NCBI GenBank assembly: GCA_964187785.1
Contig: OZ076409.1
Span: 82,896,001 to 82,960,000 of the forward strand
Direction of reading: 5' to 3'
Length of the DNA: 64,000 nt
Source: Amphiscolops sp. MND2022
Taxonomy: Eukaryota
Shown here in pieces: positions 12,656 to 24,716 of this stretch (position 1 is the stretch's first letter; every line of letters starts with the position of its first letter). A program made the translations under genes and the position numbers. The notes under the pieces are model-generated. The model did no database searches. It was not told the origin of the DNA and saw only the letters and a program-made list of their open reading frames with translations.

Positions 12656-14554
12656 TTAGTCTCGTTTTCCCATTTTGGCAGCAGTTGCTTTGTAGATGAT
12701 GGAGTCGTTTCCCTCGTCAATTTTCATGATGAAGAGACAGATGAAGTACACAGCAACTGCGAACAGGATGGCCGTCCAGATTCCGATTTCGAAAGGAGCC
12801 GCGCCTCCCTCCTTGGAGTAATTGAACAGATTGTCAGGGGTGTCAGAAGATGCACCACCAGAAGCGGCATCGGTGCCACTGTCAGTACCATTGCCAGCAG
12901 TGACGTCATCAGACGCTCTTCGACTACGAGATCCTGAAACAAAAGTACTGATGGCGTAAACTGGGTGCTTAAACACTACCAGGCATGCACAAACGTTTGG
13001 CTAATTAGACTCCTCAAGTGGTTCATGCTCGAAAAAAAAGTTGCAAAGGGAAGAGAACGAGCCAGGAACGGTATCAGTCGGTACAAGATTCAAAAACATA
13101 CAAATATATATGAAAGAGGACGTAGTATGAAATTTAATTGAAACTTCAAAATTGAAAAAAAAGGTCCACGGCTGGGATCGATCGCGAAACATACTCCGCA
13201 AGGGTACGTTACACCATCTTGTAAGTAAAAAATGTCCTCATCCAGGTTCGAACCTACGTCCTTGTGGCTAACAGCCTCATGTTTTAACTGCTGGAACAAC
13301 TCGCTTGTGACATTATAGATTTCACTTGAAGTTGGTAGAACCATCGTGGTCACTACATGAAGATTGAAAAAAAACTACCATGAAAGTCGACTCTATAGTT
13401 CGAACAGAAAGCGGCCTAAAGCTAAGCACTGCTAGAAAAACGAGAAGTCCATTTCAAAGTAATTTCATGGATGGATTTTTATTTCTCGATATTTCAGGCA
13501 ATACAACAACAAACCCCTTGTGATTATAACAAGGTGATTACAACCGAAAGATTTTTGGTCACAAGGTGTAAAACCTATTTCAGAAAGGACTAAATTGCAG
13601 CCTCACCTGATTTGGGCACATGAACACCGACCACAAGCACACTTTCTCCCATTGTCTTCTTCAGTTCTTGGATTCGGGAGCTGAGAAGGCTTTCAGTGTC
13701 TGACTTCTGAACTGAAATTTGGGTTACTTTCAGGGCTTCATTGTCTAAGGTCATCTGACCGCTCTGATCCATGAATTGGTTAGACGATTCGCCAAAACGC
13801 AAAGGGTAGCTGGTTTCGGAAGTCACGGGGAAGGTGGAGTCTCCATCTAAAAACAGAATTAACGTAGATTGATGGACATTGGGTCAGAGACATGCTTGCA
13901 TGATTTGAGAGTTGCCTCTCCAGAATCGAGTTTTTAGAATCGAAAATTGCAACTGAAATTTCTTGGTTCAAATTATTTAGGATCGAATTTTACAGAGCAC
14001 TAAAGCAATGGTATAATATGAATGAAAATTTAACTTCTTTCGATCCTAGATAAAATCGAGTCACAAATTAGATAATTTTGCACATTTTTCGATCATACAT
14101 AATTCGACTCTGCACAACAATCACTTCAGAGATGCATACCGCTGTCATCCATACTATTCAGTTCCAATTCCTTGGAAAACCTATCTTTGAGTGCGAGGTC
14201 AAAAATTGATATTGATAGGACCTTAAACATCAATATCACATAGGAAGTTACAAAATATCTTGAAAGTTGTCTCGGCATACCGTAAACGAGGGCGATGATG
14301 CCAGACGGGCGAGACTTGGCAGAAATTCCGAAAGCACCAATCCAGGGTACTTTGTGGTCAGGTGGCCCTTCTAGTGCTGCCGCAGCTGCAACAGTGTCTA
14401 TATCAGATATATCGGCTTGGCACCCGCTATCTTGACACGATAGAATGTCGACATTCGTAGGGGCCTCAATGATATGGAAGATATCCTCAGCCGAAACAGC
14501 TGCAATGATAACAGCTACAGTTATTTGGAGAAAAGCTGCTCGAATACTTGCCAT
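12656..14554 (-). CDS. ATP6AP2: V-ATPase accessory protein 2 / (pro)renin receptor homolog, 4 exons, ~309 aa
   Basis: Exons 14554-14281, 13846-13607, 13352-13215 (donor least certain), 12933-12656 join in frame with GT-AG introns. Signal peptide; FHIIEAP, VPWIG, RPSG and SYPL match family motifs; furin-like RSRR; one TM; tail GNDSIIYK matches family GYDSIIYR. Confidence 0.85.
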
Positions 14555-14980
14555 TGATCTGGAAAACACGTAATTTTTTGACACTGGTTATAATATAACG
14601 GAATGAGAAGCCAAAAACGTCGCAATCGCAATGGATTTTAGCAAGAAGCTAAAGTGAACGCTTCTCATTTGCAATGATAAATTCTATTATGTGGCATTAA
14701 ATTGCCTCAATATACGTTCAGCACAGTAAATTGACGTGAAGTTTCCCGAAGTACCAATTTAGACGATCAGAAAAACTAAGTCATCTGATTTTTCGCCAAA
14801 TTCGGTGTCGATCAACTGTGAAATATGTGGTCGCTGGAGCATGTGAAATTGATTTTCAAAGATAAACGGGAAGGTGACATGAAATAGAATCGAAAAGACG
14901 GACCAAAAAGCTGGTTCTTCATATCTTGTTACTTCTAGCTAATAAAAAAATTGGATGAGTCTCCTGGATGAACTCATTTT

Positions 14981-15420
14981 GAAAATAGGACCCTGTGGGG
15001 CACAGTATTATTTCTGCTTTTAAGCTTTAATGTTCAATAATAGAAGCATATATTAATCATTTACAAAACGCGCAATTAATCACTCTACCAATTTACACCG
15101 CCTTTAATTCTTCCCGGACTAAGAAAATATAACTACTAAGCGTAGACGAAGTTTCGCATTCGCATTTGAATGTAGGCGAAGCTCTCGGCGAACTAATAAT
15201 TAACACTCATTCGCTTCATATCATGAAATCGGCGTACAAAAGCACAATTACGAACACTCGCTGGTTTCATCGCACGAGAAATGATTTGTCGTCGGAACTG
15301 CCGAACCAAATAAATGAATTTTTCAGTAGGTACTCGGATCACAAAGTCGGCTGAAAAAAGTTGCATCTTTCAGATTTCTATATTATTCTTACTATCGCAG
15401 AAATAATAAAAATATTCATT
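14981..15420 (-). mobile_element. Family B element (copy 2); a more diverged copy at ~15865-16150
   Basis: Same AAAATAGG+GC-hairpin end, TATTATTTCTGC / GCAGAAATAATA subterminal inverted repeats and shared core with 2234-2810. Confidence 0.6.
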
Positions 15421-17028
15421 TTCTTAAACGATACACACGGTAATGCACACGGAATACTTTAAAGACGATGCCGATATGCGACGAAAATACACCGGAAAAA
15501 CGATAAAAGATTTTATGTCAGAGAAGTCGATTCAATGTTTCAGTGCTGATAAGTTCCGTTCAACCACTGATAAATATAGCCCTAAAGTGGTTTAACTCCA
15601 ACAGTCCTGAACTGAGGACAAAAAATTTTTGAACAACGATGTTTCCTTGTTCCAATAACGAATCTTACCAAGATGGTAAAAATTCCAAGATTTCAAAATT
15701 TCGATTGAGTTCAAAAACTTCCAACTTGAGAGTATTTCTATTGACACGTCTTCATGGGCTTTTTTCACCAAAGATCTTTGTTTCCTATGAAAATTGTAAT
15801 ATTCCGGAAACCAGAATTTCGAGTTCGACTGACGGATTTTACAACAACTCGTTTTTAGGTGGAGAAATAGGCCCCTGCAGGGCACAGCAATTTTACTGCT
15901 TTAGAGTACAATAACCAATAACTTCGATGATCAATAATGAAAACATATTTGACATAACTATAGTTATGTCAAATATGTTTTCATTTTCCACTACTCATTA
16001 CCTTATTGATTCTTCGAGGTGTCTCAAATGTTTTCACTTAAATATAAGCTCCTGTATTTTCATAACATGGCGCACAATTATTCACTGTACCAGATACACT
16101 GTCTCGGACTTCAGAAAATACAACTACTGGGCGTATCTGACGTTTCACATTAGTGAAAACATTTCAGATACCTCAAAGAAGCAATAAGGTATCTGAAATG
16201 AAACTAAAACTTGAAAAGACGTTATCGACCGTTTTTCTCAATGTCCCAAAGCCCTGAAATGTCACAAGTGGGATCTTTCATATATCATATTAGAAAACAT
16301 TTGAATAGCAAATAGAATTTAAAGGAAATACTGAAAAGGGATGAAACTTTCTGACAATTTTAACGGAGTCTTAGATCATTCACGAAAAGAGGTCACGTAG
16401 ATGAGCGTCTTTCGGACTATGTAGAAGCGGTGGGAACCTCATTTCGGTTATCAAGGACCAGCAAAAGCAAGGACTCAAGGGTTGGATGAGCTCAATTTCT
16501 TGCTTGATAAACATCGGTTAGGTTGAAAACAAAAACAATATAAAGATGAATAATACAATCGGTCTCGTTAATGATTTTGCCCTTGGCCTTTTATTGGAAA
16601 ACCTGAATAAGTTTTCACACCGACTTCTATATAAAAAAGTACATTTTTTAAAATCTGGAAGGCATTAAACTTCAGGAATAGAAGAGAAACAAAATTCCAC
16701 ACACAAAAACAAATGTATCCCATTTATAAAACTCATGTTGTGATTTTGACTAGAAACAATATGAATTAAAATGTTAAATTATCAAATAATATTTGCAAGG
16801 AGTACTAAAAAACTACAAATAGAATTGAAGTAGTACGAAACTCGGAAGCAGCCAATTAGCAAATTGACTTGTTTCAAATTCAAACTATCGCGAGCATCGG
16901 CATGACATGAATATTTGTGTCGAAAATTTGTTAGCTACCATAATTGTCTGATAAAAATACATTGGCTGACTGGTGCGTGGGTTGCGCGAGGATACAGCTG
17001 AGATGGAAACATCATCTCTAGAAGTGCT

Positions 17029-20000
17029 TCAGATGAACCTGTCCTGGAACATAAGAGAGACATATCCACTGCCCTCCAGTGTAACTGCACAGAAAGGACA
17101 CATTCTCTTCCCACCAGAGCTGCTCGGAATCAGTACTGAACTCCAGTGTCTAGAAATGCAACCATTTTAAAATTGTTTCCTCAAAGCATATAAACATTTC
17201 AAAAACCCGAAGTCAACCTCTATGATTATATAGAAAAGCTACACGAAAACTTCCGAACGTTCAAAAAACAGTGTACATCAAATCATAAACCCTGGGCTAT
17301 TGAAATACAAAGTGAAAAAGCTTCTTCTAAATATTATCTTTATACCCACAGATCATTGTCAGATTGAAAAGGTCAATAAAAGAAGCGTAAAGCCGTGAAA
17401 ACAACAATGCTTGACCGAACTATTGCTTATGACCTCTGACGAATTCTATATCGATTCTCTTATTCCGCATTGTATTTATTTCAACAAAAATTCGTTTGAT
17501 TGATTGATGATGCTCTTAATCGCCACGAAATCACGGAGCTCAACATCACGAATTGGAATCACCGCACAGTGAATGCCTTGGTACCATAATCTTTACAGTT
17601 TAGTCATCGATGTAAAATGACTGACAAAGAGAAAGGGTCTCCCATTGCATTACTTTTCGGAACTGTTGAAATTTACCAACAGACCAAATAGTCCAATTTG
17701 CATAATCACTTCATTTGTTGTTCCCCTGAAAATTACATCAATATTTTTAGCTTTGAGAAACATTGAGCTGGACGCCCTATGTCTCGGGCTTTTGCTCCAA
17801 GGTCGAAACCTAAGCAACTAGTACGGCAATGAAACTCTTCCGAGAAGACATACTTAGCAGTAGCAAGAGAACATGTGTGTCCACAAGGATTGAATGCGTA
17901 GGTGGGTTCCTCAGCGTCCATGTGAAAAGCAGGTTCATCGCCCAAAGAAAGGGCCACAAAGGTTGACTCCTGTCTGCACAAAGGACATTCTCGCTTGTTA
18001 TTGGAAGATCTGTTGTGTCGTTGAGCCTCAGAACCACCAGAGTTCTCTTCCTCTTTTTTCTTGATAGGTTCAAAGTAGCCGTAGACATGTCCACAGGGAA
18101 AACAAGCGTAGGGTTTGCTAGAAACGTTGAAACTACTTTCTCTTGAGATGTCCACCGATGCCGGATTATTCTCCATGATTTCTGGGAGAGGAGTCCGACT
18201 GTGTCTTCGTGTGTTCTACAAAACCAGAACAAAAAGTTAGTTCTCTCGATGAAAAACTGGACATGCAGAGATTTGCCATAATTGATTGACGCATTATTTT
18301 GGGAAGTTATAAAGGAAGAAACTTAAATTCTATGAATTTGTTAGTTGGGTCGTAAATAGAACACATTGTTTTTCAGATACGTTGAACTCACTGATGTCTT
18401 CGCTTTCTTGAATCGAGCGAAACAATGGGTGCGCGTTCTTCTTTTCCTGGTTTCCTGGTGTAAATGAAACCATATTCATTTTCACATGATCAGCCTTAAA
18501 TTGACAAATTAAATGTATGTTTTGGTATCGTTTTTCTGAACATGGAATATACTTTTGGAAAACTACACTTCACATACAAACCTAAAGAACCATGTCATTC
18601 AATCCGGGAAGAACCAAATTCTGGATCATTTTCTGTTGTTTACTATATTTCACGAAGGAATGAAACTTGCATTGCATGTGTACTGAATGTAGTTGTTTAC
18701 GTGTCACGGAAAATGAAATGTATTGGTTAGTTTTTAAATCCTCTGAAAGCTAGCATTATTTTAAAATAGTCCGAAAACTTTGTGCAATAAAAAAAGGCTA
18801 TTTACAACACAGATGTATTATAGACGACGATAAAAAAGAATGACATGGCTCAAAGAACATGAAGTATCGTTGTAAATTTTTTTCAAGTATTTTATCAATT
18901 TCCGTTCGTTCAACACATTAAACCTGTATGAGAAAAATGAGCCATGCCATATATTTTTAAAAGTTTTGCCAGTCACCAAACTACTTGAAGATGAAGCACG
19001 CAAAATTCAGCAAAACCGCTTTTTTGTTTCTTACTAATACGGAACCTTCGCAAAGTTTTTTTGGAATTTTTCAACTGCGACTGCAAGGTAATACTTTTGA
19101 TCTTTCTGGCTAGAAAATATCGAAAAATCCAGTGCTCAAAACATAACATTTTTTGGCGACCAAATGCGCATGATACTTATATAATTCACAGCGCAATTTG
19201 AAACCGGTTTTCTTGACAAATGATTGCTTGCTGAAGCAACTGACTGGTAGCCAAAGTAACTGATTGTTAGCCAAAAAGTTGACTCGAAAAAAGATTTCTC
19301 AGAAAAGTTGCGTTTGGCGTTATGCATATGGGACACCGGGCGAAGCCGGATGTTCTGCCAACTAGTATTTAAAAACTTTGGTAGAAAAAGATTCCCAATA
19401 GGAGGAATACTTCGATATTATGATGTAAGAAAAATGACAAAAACTGGACGTCTAATACTCCTTAGGGAAAAATATTCCCGGACTTAAAACTACTCCTATC
19501 AACGATATTGAGGCTTGGGTATTGCGCGAAACGTGTGTCCCCATTTTGGCAGAAATTAACAGTCGTCATTTCTTGTGATCAATTGCATCTACAGAATCTG
19601 CACTGATGCTTTTAAAATTGCCCATGCTTTTACACTTTGAAGTGCTTGTTGATAGAAGTTGAAAATTTGCAGATACAAAAAAATACGATTCTTTTGTCCT
19701 TATTTTTTTTGTAGAAAATGATACAAAAAAAGGTCACTTGAGTTTTGTGGTCCATTTCATCGCCGGGAAAAAGCACACGCTTTTTGAATGTAAACTCAAG
19801 ATTTGTTGTAAACTTTCATAAACTTCTATTAAAATGAGCTGTCATCTTACGTGTTTGTCATTCAAGTATCTGCTTCTGGGACTTTCATCAGGTAGTCGTT
19901 TAGTCTTGGGCAGATAGAGAGTGTTGAAACTGATGGGACACTGGGGGCGCTTGTTGTTTATCTCTTTCTGCACTTTTTCCACGAAGTCCGTCTCATTTAG

Positions 20001-23000
20001 CACAGAGTGACAATGAGCAGCCGACCTCCACAGCAGCGTGGCCCCACACAGATCAATCAGACAGCCGTCCCGCAGCTCATTTGTCTCGTCGGGCACCTGA
20101 AATACTCATCAGTGATCAACAAAACTCAAGGTCTCAGCTGGGGCTCTTATTCGAGAAAGTAGACTATTTTTTAACTATTAAGGACAGCGGTTAATAACCA
20201 GCCGTTGTTTCAACACCCACTTTACAGTAGCTTTTTCCTTCCCGATCTCTGACTTTGTCTGTAGCCACTGAGGCTACCGTACATTGAATAACAATCTTAT
20301 CAAATTCTCTCATTAGTGCATAGAAGTAACAAACGATAAAATTAGAGCAATACTTTCTTTCATCTTTATAATTAAATCTTTTCCAACGATGATCTTTCAA
20401 AAATTTTAAAGATTTGAAACCAAAATAAGAAGGCAAACAAATACAATTGCCGGGAAAGCATACATTACTTCAATGAGAATTTCACAATTTGAATATTTCT
20501 TTTTGTAACCATTCCCACATCAGCCATGTAATAAGTCAACTTACTCTGTGCACAACCGTTTTGTTTTTAGTATCCCTCATGGTATAGACGTGTCCACATA
20601 TTGACACTTCGCGCCACGTGGACCGGGAGAAGTTACCCTTTTCGTCTGGATTGAGAATGAGTACGCCATTTGTAGTCAGCCCATCTATTTGGGGAGAACC
20701 AACTTTGGAGTCCGGGATGCCTTTCAATTCCCATTTCAATGCTTTCTCCTGACAAAATTCAAAATTTACTCTGAATACTAGTTAGTGTGGACAGATCAAC
20801 ACAGGAAATTGAAGCTTTAAACCTGGGGTAACAAAAAGATTGAATGTAAAACATCAGACGTAAGAGTTGAGGTATATTGGACATATCTAACTGAATCAAC
20901 ATAGATGTTCAAAATTACCCCAAGTTGTATGCTTCGGTTACTGTCGAAGCCGGCAGCATAGATGCGAGGTTTGAATATTTGATCGCCATTGTAGTCAACA
21001 CCTAACTCCCGTTCCACGGTGATGCGACAAGCGTATCTAGAGATGGTACTCTCTGACTTAGTACAGTCTTCCAACTTTGTTGCACCTGGGAACATTAAAC
21101 ATTTAATGTAAAGCAGGAAAATCAAAAATTCATTTCGTTTGCTTTACCGTTTCATTACTATAGCAACCGAAATGCCACAAGGGCATGATTTGCGTATTTT
21201 ATAGATTTTGTATGATGCCAGGTAATAGAGCTGTATTTGGAATCAACTGAGTGATTGGTTAGCACCTGCTACAACGAAAAAGTTACAACCTTAACAACAT
21301 AGGTACTTTCAGTTATAAAACTTTTTTTTGGGAAATTTCAAAGGGTTTTGGTTTTTAGTCGGCGCGTTTTCCTTTTAAGGAAAAATGCCCGACTATAACT
21401 GACTTTTTTCTTCAGACCACATACCTCACACTGACACTGATCGGTCCACTTTTTGGAAACATTCCTGAAATCACTAAGGCCAAGTCCGGCCAAGGCAAAC
21501 TTGGTGCAAAGGGTCTCCCCTTTCATTTTTTTAAACTTTTTTAACGTAACCTACGAAACCGGACGAGACTAAAGGGTCCCCCTTTCCATTTTTTTCGGCA
21601 TTGTGCGACTTTTTTTCGAAAATTTTTCAATGTCCCCAAAGGGCCCCGTTTCGAATTTTTTGATATTTTGCAACAGAATGTATGTATGTTAATAAATCCA
21701 AAAGGGCCCCCCTTTTACATTTTTCGGCACTGAGGGATATTTTGCGAAAGAAAAAAATTCAAAAATTTCCAGTTTTTTTCGAAAAAAAATGTTTTGCGCT
21801 TTTTGAGCCTTAGATATAGCGCCGACTTTAGACGTTCTCGTCTTGTTAATGTTTTTGCTGAGTCCCCTTTTGTTTTTTTTTGGCAAAGTTGAACTAACCC
21901 GGGATTGTGTCGATGAGCACCATGTCAATGTTGCTTTCAGTCGATCTCCCGATCTGGAACAAGTCGATAGAGGGACACTCGGCGTACTCAACTACGTAAG
22001 CGCGACTGCGGGACAAAGAGTAGGAAATAACATGGCTGGATGACGAACCGTGACTCTCAATGGACATGTTTCCTCCTCCGGCCTGCAACAAAAAATTTCA
22101 ATTATACTTCACTCTATACATTCAGTATGTCCATTCATGAAGCTTGCACAGGCACCCTTACTGAGACGTTGCATTCATGAATGGCACTTAAATTGCCACC
22201 CACGAGTTACTTGAACGCTGCGACAATTTCATGAAACGAACGACGTGACTTAGTTTTTTCTAGTTTTCGATCTCTTGAAAGTCCCTGGGTTCAAGTTCAC
22301 AATGCCAACGAACCTGATTGCTGAAATAGTCTTTGTGAGGAACAACGCCATTGGGAACACAGCGTCTTCTTAACTGCAGCTTGGATCTCCTTCGAGCAGA
22401 GTTTCCACCAGGGAACCTCGAAGGAGTAGTTCTGAAACACGGATGAGTCATCTTCAATGCTGAAGTTTTTTAAATGAGTATTTACAGGAGCTTCACGTGA
22501 GTGGGAGGGTTTCAATCGCGTACTGACTTATAGCGAAGTGCCAAAAAGGTGTCAGGAAAATACTAAACAATGAATGACAACCACTGCACGAAAAAGCGTT
22601 TGAAGTCAATACAAATAGATACCTTGGCGATGCTATACACAAACCAAAATCATACCCAGAGATAAGAGTGTCGTGTAAAAATAGAAAAGTTTCAAAAATA
22701 AATTAGAGTAGTACTATACCTTATCCGAATGTGAATTCGTTTCTACTGAATATAAAATATTGTACATTCAAACAATTGCATATCGTATAATTATACACAC
22801 CTCAATTGAGAAATCGATAAAAACGATTTGAAAAAGCACCCGAGGGGTCAAATCATTTTTTTTCATATCGAAATCAATTGCGAAATAGAACCCGAAATCA
22901 CTCGCATCAACAAAAGAAGGATAGGAGAAAAGGGAGACGGAAATTTCGTCGTAAGAAGATTCGTCGTATTAGCAAATCCAGAAATTTCGTCGCCAGAAAT

Positions 23001-24131
23001 TTGTCGTCAGAAATTTCGTCGTATTGATCAGAATTAACCGCGTTCATTTGAATTATTCCAATTACCTAATTATTAAAATGAGATCTTAAGAACAAGTTTC
23101 ATTTTGACACCAAAATTGAGTCAAAAGTTAATTGCATTCAATCAACTCATCAAGACACTTTTTGAGCAATGATATATTTTCAGTCCTACCGGTGGAACTA
23201 CTCACCGGGGCTGTACAATACAATTTAAGCTTGTTCCAAAGGGAATTTTTGCCTTTTTGTAAAAAAAAACTTGCTTGTGTATGGGGGTGGGTGGTTGGTT
23301 GATAAAGAACATGGTCCGAAACTTTCTCTCAAAACCATGACTGAAAGTAGTTAATAATACCAATAATTGCACAATTATCAATAATTATTAAGATGATTAT
23401 CAAGACTTAATAATAAGACGATTCCTAATAGAGAAAATGCGACGTTTTATAGAACAATCACCGACGACGAAATTTCTGGTAATCGAGAAATGACGTAGTC
23501 TTGAACATACCCGTAAACAACCAATTCTCCATACAGGACATTTCCATTTACTTTCGACCGACTTCTTTCATTGTTTACATGTTGCTGCTGAATGACGTCA
23601 GAGGTGTCGACATTTGTTGGCGAACTTTTGGAAGTGAGAGTGGAACACTTGAAATATTCGTCTGCCTTCATTAACACGGTGAGATCCACGTCATCATTGT
23701 CAACAGGCGCTGTTGCGGGCGGAGTCACATCGTACTGCGGTCTGAAATTGACAGAAACAGCTGTTAAAGATTTGCATTAAAATTTCTTCAATTGGCATGA
23801 GATGGGTCTGCTTCAAGTATCCTGACCGATTGACTCATGTTTTCCAAATTTTTTTTAAAAAATCCCTAATTCATTACAATCTGTAAAAAATTCCATGTTT
23901 TGAATTTTTTAGAGCACTTTTCAGTCAAGTCACTACTAAAGACAGACAGAGTCCATTTGATATATGGACGTATTCAACGGCAAAAGAAATGTTCCACAAA
24001 AAATCGTACAAATCATGATTATCTCCATTTATTAACCTTGAGTTGCTCAGTCTGATGTTGGAAAAGGGCTCAGTGATGGGATTGAAGGGGGGATCGGGAT
24101 ATCCAGGATTTGAGAAAGCCGTAGCTTCCAT
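17029..24131 (-). CDS. PELI: Pellino E3 ubiquitin ligase, 9 exons
   Basis: Exons 24131-24037, 23741-23511, 22431-22314, 22082-21899, 21085-20919, 20748-20545, 20096-19851, 18215-17854, 17149-17029, all GT-AG and phase-consistent. Motifs YGELVVYG, DLFQIGRSTE, STISRYACRI, YAAGFDS, DGLTTNGVL, WREVS, LIDLCGATLLWR, RPQCP, CGHV, CPLC, FNPCGH, CPFC. First exon least certain. Confidence 0.95.
19336..19366 (+). mobile_element. Helitron-type 3' terminus in a Pellino intron (5' end not defined)
   Basis: Hairpin CCGGGCGAAGCCGG (19336-19349) followed 12 nt later by CTAG|T (19362-19366), the canonical Helitron 3' end. Confidence 0.55.
21352..21847 (+). mobile_element. Family A element in a Pellino intron
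   Basis: TTTTTAGTCGGCGC start with adjacent inverted repeat (...ATGCCCGACT); GAGCCTTAGATATAGCGCCGACT + GACG-TTCT-CGTC + TTGTT end. Confidence 0.75.
22931..23484. mobile_element. Degenerate MITE-like insert with AAATTTCGTCG repeats
   Basis: About five direct copies of AAATTTCGTCG-like motif at 22940-23023, inverted copy ACGACGAAATTT at 23464-23475; GAGAAA on both flanks (22925-22930, 23485-23490). Confidence 0.4.
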
Positions 24132-24716
24132 TCCTCCCCAGGCGCCAGTGACGTCACACAGAATTAAAAACACAAGCAGAGGAAATGACGTACTATTTCA
24201 TGTTATAAGCATAACTGAACTGAAACGACTTTTGTTTATGAGGAAGGTATAAATATTATTGAGAGTAACAACAATGAGACGATGGTGGTATTCGTGAATA
24301 TAATTCGCTTATCCTTCGTAGAATTTACCACAGTGACGCACCAATATCTTATCACGGCTACAGACACCTAGCTGAGCAGAAATGAAATTGAAACACATCA
24401 CAAAGTCGCCACAGTCTAAATGGTTTCCGTTTTTCATTATTCTCAAGTAGCTAGCTGTTCCATTGACGTCAAAAACGCCATTCACACTCACTTTAGATAG
24501 AAACAATTGAAGTAAAATCACAACATTTAAAGGTGACAGTGACATCATTATAGGTTGACTGTAAAACTTCAATTTTTAACAAACCTCATGCCGAAGAAGT
24601 TTCAGGCGTCGACATTTCAACGACGAAATATCTGGTGATCACGTTCACTGGGAACCTACAATACGTAACTGAAAAAATGAACAGATATTTATTTACAAAC
24701 ATAAATTTCAATTTTT

